Shown one piece after another: positions 25,365-36,337 of a stretch of 64,000 nucleotides of DNA. Every line of letters starts with the position of its first letter. Positions within the stretch are counted from its first letter, which is position 1. This DNA comes from an uncultured virus (IMG/VR IMGVR_UViG_3300001605_000029) (taxonomy: Duplodnaviria; Heunggongvirae; Uroviricota; Caudoviricetes): positions 1 to 64,000 of the IMG/VR virus record IMGVR_UViG_3300001605_000029, one strand, 5' to 3'. The notes beneath the pieces are model-generated. The model did not search any database. It was not told the origin of the DNA and was given only the letters and a program-made list of their open reading frames with translations. The position numbers were made by a program, and so were the translations under genes.

Positions 25365-27265
25365 TTAGTCTTTCTTTTCAGTGAAAGTAGCATCGACTAC
25401 ATTATCATCCTGTGCAGCTTCGGGCTGAGCTTGTGCTTGTTCCTTAGCTTGCTTTTTATCCAACAACACTTTCATGGCTGGATAAACCTTGTTAAGCTCT
25501 TCTGTAATTTTTTCTTTGTCGTTGCCTTTGACAGCGTCGTCAACAGCTGAAATTACAGTTTCAAGCTCATTAATCTCGGACTCGGTCATTTCGGATCTAA
25601 ACTCTTCTAGATCTTTTTTAACTTCGTGCATTTGTGCTTCAGCGCTGTTGCGGGTTTCAATTAGCTCTCGAGCTTTTTTATCACTCTCGGCATTGGCCTC
25701 GGCCTCTTGAACCATACGCTCAATTTCTTCCTTACTTAGACCACTATCACTCTTAATGGTGATTTTGTTTTCTTTTCCGGTGTTCTTGTCTTTGGCACTG
25801 ATATTCATAATGCCGTTGGCATCTATATCGAACGTAACTTCAATTTGTGGCATACCTCGACGTGCCGGTGCAATACCTTCTAGATTGAATTCCCCCAATG
25901 CCTTGTTATATTGGAAAAGTTCTCTCTCACCTTGACCGACCTTGATTGTAACTGCTAATTGGTTGTCTTCGGCAGTACTAAAGGTTTGACTGGCTTTGGT
26001 GGGAATGGTTGTATTCTTTTGAACCAACTTGGTAAAGACTCCGCCCATTGTTTCAATGCCGAGGCTTAGAGGAGTAACGTCAAGCAATAGTACGTCATTT
26101 CGATCGCCGCCTAACACTGCACCTTGGATAGCGGCACCAGCTGCAACTGCTTCGTCTGGGTTAACATCCTTGCGCGGAGCTTTGCCGAACATTTTCTCAA
26201 CGGCTTCTTGTACTTTAGGCATACGTGTTTGGCCACCGACGAGAATAACTTCGTCAATGTCGTTGGCAGTTACCCCAGCATCTCGCAATGCAATACGGCA
26301 AGGTTCCAAACTGCGTTGTACAAGATCGTCTACTAATGCTTCGAGTTTAGATCGACTTAGTTTAACAACTAGATGTTTTGGACCCNNTTGCGTCAGCAGT
26401 AACATAAGGCTAAGTTAACTTCTGTCTGAGCCGAACTTGAAAAGTTCAATTTTTTGCTTTTTACAGTCAGCTATCTTTAANACGTTGTAACGCCAACACA
26501 TCGTTCTTAAGATCGACACCAGACTCTTTCTTGAATTCGTCTACCAAGTAATCCATGATGCGTTGGTCAAAGTCTTCACCACCCAAGAACGTGTCACCGT
26601 TAGTGCTTAATACTTCGATTTGTTTATCGCCGTCGACATCCGCAATTTCAATGATCGATACGTCGAAAGTACCGCCACCAAGGTCGTAAACAGCAATCTT
26701 GCGATCGCCTTTACTAGACTTATCGACGCCATAGCTAAGAGCTGCCGCAGTAGGCTCGTTAATAATACGCAGTACTTCCAGCCCGGCGATTTGACCAGCA
26801 TCTTTAGTCGCCTGTCTTTGGCTGTCGTTAAAGTATGCCGGAACTGTAATAACTGCTTGGGTAACTTCATGTCCTAAATAGTCCTCTGCGGTTTTCTTCA
26901 TTTTTCGAAGAACTTCTGCTGACACTTGTGGAGGAGCCAATTCTTTATCTTGTGCCCGAATCCATGCATCGCCATTCTTTGCTTCCATAATAGTATATGG
27001 CATCAAGTCGATGTCTTTTTGCACAGCCTGTTCTTTAAACTTACGACCGATTAATCGCTTGCTGGCGTAGATTGTGTTTTTGGGATTTGTTACTGCTTGA
27101 CGCTTTGCACTTGCGCCAACAAGAATGTCAGAATCTGTGTATGCTACAATACTTGGTGTAGTACGAGCACCTTCTGAATTTTCAATAACTTTGGGGATTC
27201 CGTTTTCTACAACGGTCTACACATGAGTTTGTGGTACCTAAGTCGATACCGATGATCTTTGACAT
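25365..27265 (-). CDS. dnaK: DnaK (Hsp70), broken by Ns/frameshifts
   Basis: [35 protein letters not shown]. Confidence 0.96.
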
Positions 27266-27269
27266 ATCG

Positions 27270-27288
27270 TCTCCTTATAAAGTAAGAT
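27270..27288 (-). promoter_or_regulatory. ROSE-like RBS hairpin of dnaK
   Basis: Identical 19-mer to hsp20 leader. Confidence 0.55.
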
Positions 27289-27347
27289 CTATTTTTGAGC
27301 ACTATGCTCTTTGTTAACCCGTTAAGGTGCTAACAAAATTATTTATA

Positions 27348-27662
27348 TCAGATATTCTCTAAATTAGGAATATTTGACCATTTTTTGAGCTTTTCAATTT
27401 TAGCCCGTTTTGCTACAGCTAAGTTGCCCCAGCTGACAATTCCTGTGTGCATTAGAATATCAATCATAGCTAGCATATCGCCTAATTCTTCTTCTAAGTG
27501 TTCGAGGTTAGTTTTGCCTTCGGATCCGGGCTTTTTATTATCTTCACCAAATCTTCGAATTTTGCTAACCGCTTGAATTACTTCGGCAGCTTCTTCTTGA
27601 AGAATGTCCATAACTTCATTAGTTTGAGTTACGGTGTCCTTGATAATTTTTCTCGGTGGCAT
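27348..27662 (-). CDS. MazG-like NTP pyrophosphohydrolase
   Basis: EEAAEVIQA...LEEELGDML. Confidence 0.8.
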   Translation of the reverse strand: MPPRKIIKDTVTQTNEVMDILQEEAAEVIQAVSKIRRFGEDNKKPGSEGKTNLEHLEEELGDMLAMIDILMHTGIVSWGNLAVAKRAKIEKLKKWSNIPNLENI

Positions 27663-27663
27663 A

Positions 27664-28248
27664 TTAATTTGTTTTTGTAAACGGTGAAATATAAGAACCG
27701 TTAGTACTGCTAGCGGTCTTTAGTGTGTTAAGAACATTTTGAACCCCTACTGCCTGATTCCATGCATCTTCTAATGCATGATGCTTCAGCACCGGCGGCC
27801 TGTTAGGATTAATACCAAGATCAAATAATGTTCGAGTGCATCTCACTTCCCAGAACTGCCAAGGAATTGCTTTACCAATTTTACGAAAAACGTGTTCGCA
27901 AATAGGAACATCGAATGCTGCTCCATGACTCCATATCCGTTTACACCCCCAGCTAAATTTATACAACTGATTCATTGCTTCGGTAATATCAATCCGTCCT
28001 GTCGGATCAAACGCTTCCTCTTGGGCTTTGGGATCTTGCTGTCCCCACCATTCGATAGTCTGCGGGCTTACTGTTAGTCCTAGCGCATCGCAGCTATCGA
28101 GATCCACTCTTACGTAAAACTTTTCACATTTTGGATTATTAATATCATCACCGAACGGATCAAACTTCACAGCGCCAATAGTTAAAATAGTAGAAGTTGG
28201 TGTCGTATCTAGTGTTTCGAGATCGATCATTAGATCGGTATTTGCCAT
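27664..28248 (-). CDS. DEDDh 3'-5' exonuclease
   Basis: MIDLETL, WSHGAAFD, HHALEDA. Confidence 0.88.
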   Translation of the reverse strand: MANTDLMIDLETLDTTPTSTILTIGAVKFDPFGDDINNPKCEKFYVRVDLDSCDALGLTVSPQTIEWWGQQDPKAQEEAFDPTGRIDITEAMNQLYKFSWGCKRIWSHGAAFDVPICEHVFRKIGKAIPWQFWEVRCTRTLFDLGINPNRPPVLKHHALEDAWNQAVGVQNVLNTLKTASSTNGSYISPFTKTN

Positions 28249-28305
28249 TTGTTATTGTTCTTTCTCTATATTAAAAGTATATGTTAACATAGAAATGTGT
28301 TGCAG

Positions 28306-28548
28306 TCAATACAATTTTTTAGGCAACTGTTGATCTCTTAAAACTTTTTGCCATCGAGCTTTGGCAGCACCCTTGGCTTTCTTTCGAGCAGTGGTAGGCT
28401 TGACATAAAACTCTCTGTCGCGAAGTTCTTCAAGTACACTGCTGTCGTCTACTTTCTTTTTAAATCGTCTAAGCGCCTGATTAATATTCTCGTAATCTTT
28501 AACAATTACTGATCTACCTTTTGGTTTTTTATTTTCCATATCTATCAA
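28306..28548 (-). CDS. rpsU: Ribosomal protein bS21
   Basis: ENINQALRRFKKKV...REFYVKPTTARK. Confidence 0.9.
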   Translation of the reverse strand: MIDMENKKPKGRSVIVKDYENINQALRRFKKKVDDSSVLEELRDREFYVKPTTARKKAKGAAKARWQKVLRDQQLPKKLY

Positions 28549-28900
28549 ATATATTGGTTAAAATAGTTTTACAATGATCAACATCATATATAACTGAGTT
28601 ATTTACTTGATTTAACGATTTCAAGGTGCCAAAATAATAAGAATTCATTTTGCCTGCAACATAACCAATTAAAGTTTGATTTATAGAATCGGCATTAAAA
28701 ATTATAATTTGGCTTTTTTGAATCTTATCCAATACCCACGCTACATCGTCATATTCTGACCAAACATATGTAACGATACATGGTATAGTATCTATCTCAG
28801 TTAAATGCTGCCGATACCAATGCTGCTTGATCGGCAGTAAGGTCGACTACAGTTATTCCTCCCGCCGTTAGCTATAGTATCATCGGGAGCTGTAACCATT
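28529..28900 (-). CDS. Hypothetical protein, probably frameshifted
   Basis: 67-aa C-terminal ORF with coding-like upstream sequence. Confidence 0.45.
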
Positions 28901-28913
28901 ATTAATTTATCGG

Positions 28914-30332
28914 TCATTTCTTGATCCCTTTTACTCTTTGCCAAAGTGTAGATTTACTCTGTTCGGCATTTTGAATATAACCGTCACTTACTCTTCCTTG
29001 GTTCTCTTGATTTGCTGATTCCCTACCCTCTCCATCCACGTCGTTATCTTTTTTTTTAGAAGGATCGTTTTTGTCGAGCTGTTCTTGAGCCCACTTGGCG
29101 GCTTCTACTGCTGCTTCGTGTTCCTCGTCCGCCACTGGCGAAAGATAATCGTCCCAAGGTAGTTTTTTAATTATTCCGCGCTGCAACAACAATCTCTGAT
29201 GTTTTAGGCTATCGTTCGGATGATCTGCTTTCCATTGCGACATCGCAACTCGAACATCATCGGTCACTTCGTCTAATATGCTGTCATCTGTAACAACATC
29301 TTCTGTTGTAGATAAGTAATCCCCGGGCCGTTCAACGTCTGGTATATTGGTTGCAAGGACCTCGTCTACTTGAGCAGGCAATGGTACAGCGACTGGTTGT
29401 GCTGCGTACATCCATCCGACTGGATGTGGATCGATTGTAGGTTTTAATTCTTCAACAACGGTAGTTACTGGATTCTCTACAGTAGATTCTTTAACTATCT
29501 CTAAATTATCAAGTTTTGATTCCGGCCGAGTTTCTAAATTTTCTAGAGACTCTTTTAGAAGACGATCTTGTTTTTCTTTTCGGGCCCACTGGAAACTCAT
29601 TTGGCTAGCCAATAGCAACAATACGGCCAATGGATCAAACACTAATACGATTAGTATGATAACCCAAGTAACAGCTTTCTCTAACAAGTTGGTATCGGTG
29701 CTGTCTCCATAGATCAACTTGGCAATATACTTGAGAGGACCGACTTCAGCTTCTACTTTGCGGACCTCGGCAGCAATTGGCGCACGTTCCGCACTAATGC
29801 GACTTATTGTTTTTTGTTCGGTTGCAATCTCTGTTTGTAATCTATTACGTTCTCTTGCCTGTGCTCGACGAAGTGCTACAGCCTTGTCGGCACCCTTTTC
29901 ATCGATACTGCGCCCCATAACTTGATCAACGGCCTCGTCCATCTGCTTGAGTGCTTTGCGATTGGCGTCGATGTTATCTCTGGCGGTCTGAATCTGTTCG
30001 TCATAAACCGCTATTTTACTCTGCACATCTCCAGAAACTAATCCTTGATCACTATGCGCCTTAGATAGGAATCCAAAGATGCCCATGCTGGTTATTAGCA
30101 TCAGTGCAATGACCGCAATAAGCATATAGGCCTTTAACAGAATCGGCGCACGATGCCAATTGGCCTTTAACCACCAGGCAGTAACTAATTTACTCAGTTC
30201 TAAAATTGTACCCATTACATAGATAGGTATTACGGCTGCTGCAAATATTGCAGCAAGTCCGATAACACTGTAATAGATCGCTACAGCGGATATTAAGATC
30301 CCTGTAAAAAAAGTTAAGATGGCTAATGGCAT
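28914..30332 (-). CDS. Membrane protein with long coiled coil
   Basis: N-terminal TMs, TSMGIFGFLSKAH, EVGPLKY, VFDPLA. Confidence 0.8.
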   Translation of the reverse strand: MPLAILTFFTGILISAVAIYYSVIGLAAIFAAAVIPIYVMGTILELSKLVTAWWLKANWHRAPILLKAYMLIAVIALMLITSMGIFGFLSKAHSDQGLVSGDVQSKIAVYDEQIQTARDNIDANRKALKQMDEAVDQVMGRSIDEKGADKAVALRRAQARERNRLQTEIATEQKTISRISAERAPIAAEVRKVEAEVGPLKYIAKLIYGDSTDTNLLEKAVTWVIILIVLVFDPLAVLLLLASQMSFQWARKEKQDRLLKESLENLETRPESKLDNLEIVKESTVENPVTTVVEELKPTIDPHPVGWMYAAQPVAVPLPAQVDEVLATNIPDVERPGDYLSTTEDVVTDDSILDEVTDDVRVAMSQWKADHPNDSLKHQRLLLQRGIIKKLPWDDYLSPVADEEHEAAVEAAKWAQEQLDKNDPSKKKDNDVDGEGRESANQENQGRVSDGYIQNAEQSKSTLWQRVKGIKK

Positions 30333-30383
30333 AAGTTAGTATTTATCGGCCTATAATAGGTCAACATAATACATTATAACTGG

Positions 30384-30743
30384 TTATTTAAAAAATATCA
30401 ACGCCATCATCACAGCTTGGACGATAAATCCAACCCCGATAGTTACTACATTTAGCATGTCTTTTTGTACGGCTGCTTTGACAAACAGCAGTGAAAGACC
30501 GGCCCATACCAACATGACAAGATCTACTGACGGCATCTTGTCAGTTAGTCCACTCATTACTGCTAACAAACTGGGAATTGTAGCGGCATGTAACACTATG
30601 ATTGCAAGCCATCCGAATGTCTCTGCACTGATATGACTGATTTTCTTAAAGAACCAATCTTTAAACTGATCAATATTTTCGAAATGAGGAAGTGTAATAA
30701 ACTTCTTTTTGACTGTGTCAACTTGTGTAGACTGTTCGGACAT
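30384..30743 (-). CDS. Membrane protein
   Basis: Three hydrophobic helices. Confidence 0.75.
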   Translation of the reverse strand: MSEQSTQVDTVKKKFITLPHFENIDQFKDWFFKKISHISAETFGWLAIIVLHAATIPSLLAVMSGLTDKMPSVDLVMLVWAGLSLLFVKAAVQKDMLNVVTIGVGFIVQAVMMALIFFK

Positions 30744-31288
30744 TAACGTTTTCCCTTGTAAAAGATATGATTACCAATTGATCCAATTTTTTCTAAGTTC
30801 CATTGCGGATTGACATAATTTGCATGATAGTACAATGCATCTTTCATTGTGTCAAGACGAAACCCTTCGAGCAACACTTTCTTTGCCACAGCCATACTTT
30901 CAGTGTAGGCTGCTTTGTTTATAGGTCTTGCTTTGGTAGCAGTTTCGCAGTACCAAGAGAACTGGCATACTACTTTGCCTACAAAGACTGATTTTTGATA
31001 TACTACTCCGCATACGTCTTTTGGAAACAGAGGATGGTCGGCTCTATTCATAGTGACCTGTGCAACTGCTACCTTTCCCTCGAAGCTTTCGTGACCAGCT
31101 TCTCTATAAATGTTCATTGCTAAACACTCTAATTGATTTTCACGCACCTTGACAGTTACTACATCTTGTGATACTAGTAGTTGACTTTCTTTAAGTTTTG
31201 TAAACTTAGAAATAGTAACCTGTTGGATTAACATAATAGCTGCAATAAGGCCAGCGATCAGAAATCCTGCTCTAAATATTTTTTCCAT
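30743..31288 (-). CDS. SleB/CwlJ-like cell wall hydrolase
   Basis: CLAMNIYREA, VAVAQVTMNR, CQFSWYC, YYHANYV, IGNHIFY. Confidence 0.92.
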   Translation of the reverse strand: MEKIFRAGFLIAGLIAAIMLIQQVTISKFTKLKESQLLVSQDVVTVKVRENQLECLAMNIYREAGHESFEGKVAVAQVTMNRADHPLFPKDVCGVVYQKSVFVGKVVCQFSWYCETATKARPINKAAYTESMAVAKKVLLEGFRLDTMKDALYYHANYVNPQWNLEKIGSIGNHIFYKGKR

Positions 31289-31334
31289 AAGTCCTCCTTT
31301 GACTTGGTGTGCTCTTTCAAACACATTACATAAA

Positions 31335-31535
31335 GGGAGTTAACTTCACGAGGCTCTAACAGAACCCTACTTTCGTGTAGTTGTCTCCATTGGACGCACA
31401 AGCTCATAACATTGTGTGCCTTTGGCGACCCTTGGCTTCCCGAAAATACGGGTTTCTCATTGGCCAAGACCCGCAGACATAATTTTGACGAATCTCTATC
31501 ATGTCGACTATCTTAGTTTCTTTGCGAAACGTTTA
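31335..31535 (-). ncRNA. Candidate structured 5' leader of cell wall hydrolase
   Basis: Six hairpins including CTTGGC/GCCAAG, CCCG/CGGG, GCACA/TGTGC, CTAC/GTAG, GGTTCT/AGAGCC. Confidence 0.5.
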
Positions 31536-31577
31536 ATATATATTCTATTTTCTTAAAATATGTACTGAAACAGGCAG

Positions 31578-31967
31578 TTACCGTCTCATTTTGGAAATAT
31601 CAATAGCTTCTTCGTCGCTAAAGACTGGTACCGCATTGCTCTTGTGCATTGTGGCAATTCCCTTAACTTTTGTGCCTGTATAGATTTTTTGTGGTGCAAG
31701 GCCCGCATTACCTCCTGCGGTATTAAGACTGGGAATTCGAGGATCGGTAGCTCCTCGATAAGAGTTGGCTTCGGGTTTCCAGACATCGGCAATTGCTGCT
31801 CGAGACCTAGCTCGATTTTCTTTGTCAATACCCCATTGTTTTTGAAGAGCATTCCACGATTCGTCCAGTTCTCGAGCAGTCTTTGCTTCTTGAGCGTTAC
31901 GAAATTTCTGTTTACCTTTTTTCTTACCAATGGTACTAAGCCATGGTCCTTCTAAATGCATACTCAA
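31578..31967 (-). CDS. Conserved myophage hypothetical protein
   Basis: YTGTKVKGIATMHKSNAVPV motif. Confidence 0.8.
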   Translation of the reverse strand: MSMHLEGPWLSTIGKKKGKQKFRNAQEAKTARELDESWNALQKQWGIDKENRARSRAAIADVWKPEANSYRGATDPRIPSLNTAGGNAGLAPQKIYTGTKVKGIATMHKSNAVPVFSDEEAIDISKMRR

Positions 31968-32021
31968 AATAATCTCCTAACTGTTGACATAGAGCTAGTG
32001 TAGCATCTAAATTACAGTATG

Positions 32022-32507
32022 TCAAGATTCAACAAGCCCGATAAAATGAAGTCTGGGCTTTTCAGAGCAATTTATAAAGGTATGAGCTTTTCTGGTATCT
32101 ACCCAATATAGGAATCCAGCAGGCATATGTTCCGGTGGTGCATTTTCAAAAAGAAAATAACAATTTTTATTGGTTATTAACGGAATATGTATTCGAGGAC
32201 TACCGTCGATGTGCATACTATAACAGGAAAACGGTCCTGACCACATTAGTCTAGCTCGTTTGATATTATATTCATTTATGATAGATTCAAAAATACTTCC
32301 TTTAAAGAATGGATTTAATTGAGTACAATCTAACTCGTGGCCTTTATTCTTTCCTACAGCACTGGACCAAGGGTCTTCACTCTCCCTATACTGTATTCCA
32401 CACTGTTTACCTTTGTGCCCATAATTGGTCCAAACGATATTTCTCTCCATTTTAAGATATTCTATCAAGATTGGAATAAACGATATTTCTTTGACTTGTT
32501 TTATCAT
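32022..32507 (-). CDS. 2OG-Fe(II)/Asp-hydroxylase-like oxygenase
   Basis: YSMHID..PRIHIPL...HTFIN...RLH. Confidence 0.75.
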   Translation of the reverse strand: MIKQVKEISFIPILIEYLKMERNIVWTNYGHKGKQCGIQYRESEDPWSSAVGKNKGHELDCTQLNPFFKGSIFESIINEYNIKRARLMWSGPFSCYSMHIDGSPRIHIPLITNKNCYFLFENAPPEHMPAGFLYWVDTRKAHTFINCSEKPRLHFIGLVES

Positions 32508-32992
32508 AATAGTATTATATCTACAGCCTGATCTTCGGTGATATAATCGGATTCGGTAAAATGGGGATATTTTTTTAATATCTTCTCTGTGCCGACATAT
32601 GCAAACCACTTGTATTTAACTTTACAACGACCAACTACTCTACTGCTCATTTCTTTTAAAATAAGTTTTTCTGCTTGATATTTTAATAATTCTTGTTTAT
32701 CTCCGGGTAACACTTTTATTTCTGCTATCCTACTACCTACATTGATTATTGTCTTATCTTGATCTTTCCATTCAGTAAACAATTCCAAAAATAATAATGT
32801 TTGAGCAAATTCTGCTGTTGCATTATTAATGAACACATCGCAATCTTTCGATTCTTCAATAATCCGGTATCTATCAACTGGATTAGTTATATCGTAACCG
32901 GTTGATAAGCTAAATCCTATTGCATTTGGAAATAGCCGTTCATATAACTTTCTTCCTATTCCAACAGTATGTCCTGTAATTGAATATTTCAT
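32504..32992 (-). CDS. Short-chain dehydrogenase-like protein
   Basis: ITGHTVGIG, DVFINNA, IINVGS, YxxxK. Confidence 0.75.
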   Translation of the reverse strand: MKYSITGHTVGIGRKLYERLFPNAIGFSLSTGYDITNPVDRYRIIEESKDCDVFINNATAEFAQTLLFLELFTEWKDQDKTIINVGSRIAEIKVLPGDKQELLKYQAEKLILKEMSSRVVGRCKVKYKWFAYVGTEKILKKYPHFTESDYITEDQAVDIILL

Positions 32993-33600
32993 TGTTTAAA
33001 TCTCAAACTAATTCCTAATTTCTCACCATCCATCTTGCTTGTGCAGTGAATGTGTCTATTATCAAAAACTATTATGCTACCTGGTTCAAACGGATATGCA
33101 GTACCTGATAATCCAAACAAGCACTGTTTAGGATAATTCGATAAATGTTGTGTATAAAATGTATGGTCAATTTCCATTTCAGTTAACCCGTTAACTGGAT
33201 ATTCATAAGGGCATCCTTTTACTCCTATATTGTAGGTAAAATGATGAACCGGGTAGTGCATACACCAAGTAACACTATCTTGTTCCCATGTTTGATCAAA
33301 TATAATAAGACTAGCCCGTTCGCCGGAATATGACAACGGTATAACAATATTTAGATAATTACCTTCGAATGTTTTAAAATCAGTATGTGGAAGATAAGGA
33401 GTAGTATGTTTATAAAAATTACCAGTTACGAACTCTAATTTTCTTTTTAATGTATTTTCTAATATTTCTTGAATAATATATCGAGAGTTGCCTGGACTAG
33501 TTTTGTTCATCGTATCAGTATCGTACATCTTTCTAGAATTATAATCTGAAATAATATCAGATATAATATCATTCTTTATTATGTTAAAATACTGTATCAT
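32989..33600 (-). CDS. 2OG-Fe(II) oxygenase-like protein
   Basis: PHTD...IVFDNRHIHCT. Confidence 0.65.
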   Translation of the reverse strand: MIQYFNIIKNDIISDIISDYNSRKMYDTDTMNKTSPGNSRYIIQEILENTLKRKLEFVTGNFYKHTTPYLPHTDFKTFEGNYLNIVIPLSYSGERASLIIFDQTWEQDSVTWCMHYPVHHFTYNIGVKGCPYEYPVNGLTEMEIDHTFYTQHLSNYPKQCLFGLSGTAYPFEPGSIIVFDNRHIHCTSKMDGEKLGISLRFKQ

Positions 33601-34300
33601 TTTTTATTATACTAGTTAATCTATCTGAAATATTTCGATGTGTTTCTGGTCCAGGATGTTGACCATCGATACCTCTATCGATTGTATCAAATGTTGTCGA
33701 TTCGATAAAACTATAGTCGTCTAGCATTATTTCTATATAATTAATTTGATTAGTATTTAAAAAATCTAATAAAGATTTTCTACTTACTAAGCTGATATTA
33801 TAAATGTTATCGATGTTATCATTATAACATTTTTGTAATTCGAATTCTTTTTTCCATAAATTATGTCGAAAATTTTTATCAACAATCCACGGTCCTAAAA
33901 GATAAGGGGATCCGTCTTTAAAATGCAACATTCTACTATGTGGAAAACTCCATTGTACAATTACTAATTTAGGTTTTATTGAAAAATTTGTAATCCAGTT
34001 TTTAATATTTAATTCGATGAAGTCGCACCCGCTACCACTTAAACTGAGATTATACACCGGTACCGATAAATTTTCACTGAGAAGATGTGAATAAGTTTCT
34101 GTGTTAGCAATACCTTCTCCCATACTGAAGCTACAACCACAGACCAATATATATTGAGAAGTTATATCTTCTGGTTGTATAGTTCTATGCAATTCTCGAT
34201 TCATTTCGTGCTTCTTTATTCCGTTATATTCAGGTAAAATCAAATATCTAGAATCACCGTATGCAAATCGTCCCATAGTTGGAGGTAATATTTTATTCAT
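33584..34300 (-). CDS. SGNH-hydrolase-like protein
   Basis: GCSFSMG, NLSLSG, DGQHPG. Confidence 0.7.
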   Translation of the reverse strand: MNKILPPTMGRFAYGDSRYLILPEYNGIKKHEMNRELHRTIQPEDITSQYILVCGCSFSMGEGIANTETYSHLLSENLSVPVYNLSLSGSGCDFIELNIKNWITNFSIKPKLVIVQWSFPHSRMLHFKDGSPYLLGPWIVDKNFRHNLWKKEFELQKCYNDNIDNIYNISLVSRKSLLDFLNTNQINYIEIMLDDYSFIESTTFDTIDRGIDGQHPGPETHRNISDRLTSIIKNDTVF

Positions 34301-34305
34301 ATATG

Positions 34306-34860
34306 TTATGGTGTTGCATAGTATTGTTCGGCATGTTTTAAAATTGTTGAGAAATCATTTTGCTTAAATCGTAAACTTATACAATATCTATGTCTATTGC
34401 TCAAGTTAATTACTCGATGTGCTACGCCTACTTGCACTATAAAAGGATAAATCGATTTAAAAGTATATTTCAATGAGCATTGATTATCAGTTAATAGAAT
34501 GTAATTGGTATTACCAGATGACGTTAATTTTTTAACTTCTTCAAAATTATCTACAGTGAACCATTGCATTTCCCAATCGTTGTTATTGTTTACTACACAA
34601 TTAATTGCAGCAGCATCCATATCTAAACGATGCCCATCTATGTGTATTTTCCCCGCGGAATAAGGCGGAGATATAAACAGTTGTACTTCTCTAAGGCCCA
34701 TGCCTAAATTTTCTAACTCTTTTATAAAATTAAGTTCTAATATATCGGATATCGGATATCGGATAATTGTGTAATTCGAAGGAGTCGGATATACTATACC
34801 TTCTTTTAATTTTATATCGAGTAAGGGAAGTTCTTTTGCTAGTAACATTAATTCATCCAA
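34306..34860 (-). CDS. Cupin/2OG-Fe(II)-like protein
   Basis: IHID...AHRVIN...RYCISLR. Confidence 0.65.
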   Translation of the reverse strand: MDELMLLAKELPLLDIKLKEGIVYPTPSNYTIIRYPISDILELNFIKELENLGMGLREVQLFISPPYSAGKIHIDGHRLDMDAAAINCVVNNNNDWEMQWFTVDNFEEVKKLTSSGNTNYILLTDNQCSLKYTFKSIYPFIVQVGVAHRVINLSNRHRYCISLRFKQNDFSTILKHAEQYYATP

Positions 34861-35846
34861 TCAAATAATTGATTCGACCACCCCGGGGTGTTCCATCGGT
34901 TATCCCACAATGATGCCCAATTCTGATAAAATTTAATATTCCCTACATCAGCTGCTGATGAATAAAATGGATCAGTTTCTTTTAGTAAGTGTTTAGGAAA
35001 TTCGAATAGACTGCTAGATTTAGGATAGACTACAAGATAGTTATCTATTTTATATTTCCAAAATTCATTAGCAGCATTCCAGGATTGTATAGTGTAGGGA
35101 GTTATTGCATAGTTAATGGTAACATTGCTATGATTTTCTAATTCTGTTACACTGTGTACTAACTCCTGCCAACTAGCACCGCGCCTAAACCATTCAAATG
35201 TTTCTCTAAATCCATCGGCGCTTACAGAACATTCGATTGATCCCCATCCTTCCCATAGATCATATCTAGGGTTTACAAGTCCGTTAGTTATGTACTGTAA
35301 TTTGCAATGTTTCCTATTAAAGTTTTTTAAATAATCTAATATTTTCCAGTGATTAGGATCCAGGAAAGGTTCGCCACCTGTAAATTTCAACACTTCTAAG
35401 TTAGGTAATACTTCTACAAGTTCTTCTAAAAATGTATCAGTTACTTCAAATGCATCCAGTACCCTCGGCTGAATGTTTAACAATTTTCTCCAAGTACTGC
35501 TACGATCCGGACCACAATGAGCACATGCCAATTGACATTTATTACTCATTTTAAATTGGAGAACTTTTAATTCTCTTGTGGAGGATCGAAGGCCTGTTGT
35601 TGTACGCATACTAGGCTGTCCACGAGATTCCAGCTGTTCACATCTATTACAAGCATCTCTGGTTTGTTCGGAATATCCATTTTTAAGATTATCTCTTAAC
35701 TCTAGCAAAGTTGAATTATTAAATGCATTTAATATTCCGTCTTGTATAGGAGATATTCTTGCAGATTCAGAAGTTTCTAAGCAGCATGGCCGAGTCCAAC
35801 CATCTGTCTCTATGCTCATCATATTTTCAATCCACGCACATTTCAT
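34848..35846 (-). CDS. Radical SAM protein with N-terminal SPASM/twitch-like Cys cluster
   Basis: CQLACAHC, FTGGEPF, RPCC, CNRC. Confidence 0.88.
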   Translation of the reverse strand: MKCAWIENMMSIETDGWTRPCCLETSESARISPIQDGILNAFNNSTLLELRDNLKNGYSEQTRDACNRCEQLESRGQPSMRTTTGLRSSTRELKVLQFKMSNKCQLACAHCGPDRSSTWRKLLNIQPRVLDAFEVTDTFLEELVEVLPNLEVLKFTGGEPFLDPNHWKILDYLKNFNRKHCKLQYITNGLVNPRYDLWEGWGSIECSVSADGFRETFEWFRRGASWQELVHSVTELENHSNVTINYAITPYTIQSWNAANEFWKYKIDNYLVVYPKSSSLFEFPKHLLKETDPFYSSAADVGNIKFYQNWASLWDNRWNTPGWSNQLFDWMN

Positions 35847-36337
35847 AAATTACAGCCTACACAAGTTTTTAATATTGCTCGGTAAGTAAATGGACTGTTA
35901 AACCCTATACTCAATGCATATCGAGTTTCGGAAAAATTTAATACGGCATGTTTCATTTGAGTATTTAACAAGTAATATCTGTTTGGTTCGTATGTTAATT
36001 CAGTTAACCGAACAATGTCTCGATTTTCTCTATCTCCAAAAAAACAATGACTGTTGAATCCAGAAAGCAACAAATTTATTGCACACTGCCTAGTCGAATC
36101 AATATGCCAATCATACCAAGTCATTGGGTTTACTTTAAATATCAACGGAGTTGCATTGAATTGGTCAATGACCGGAAACAACTTAGATTCTTTAAAAAAA
36201 CTCTTATCTATTTTTAAAATATCAAAGCCGTTACTTGAGAACCAATCTTGACGAGTAGTTGCTTGATTCATTAATTGATCAGTAAATGTATCAACTAAAG
36301 TAAGTTTATAGTAAAGATCTAAAGTATTCTGTAGCAT
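35843..36337 (-). CDS. Cupin/2OG-Fe(II)-like protein
   Basis: WHID...KHAVLN...RYALSI. Confidence 0.65.
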   Translation of the reverse strand: MLQNTLDLYYKLTLVDTFTDQLMNQATTRQDWFSSNGFDILKIDKSFFKESKLFPVIDQFNATPLIFKVNPMTWYDWHIDSTRQCAINLLLSGFNSHCFFGDRENRDIVRLTELTYEPNRYYLLNTQMKHAVLNFSETRYALSIGFNSPFTYRAILKTCVGCNL

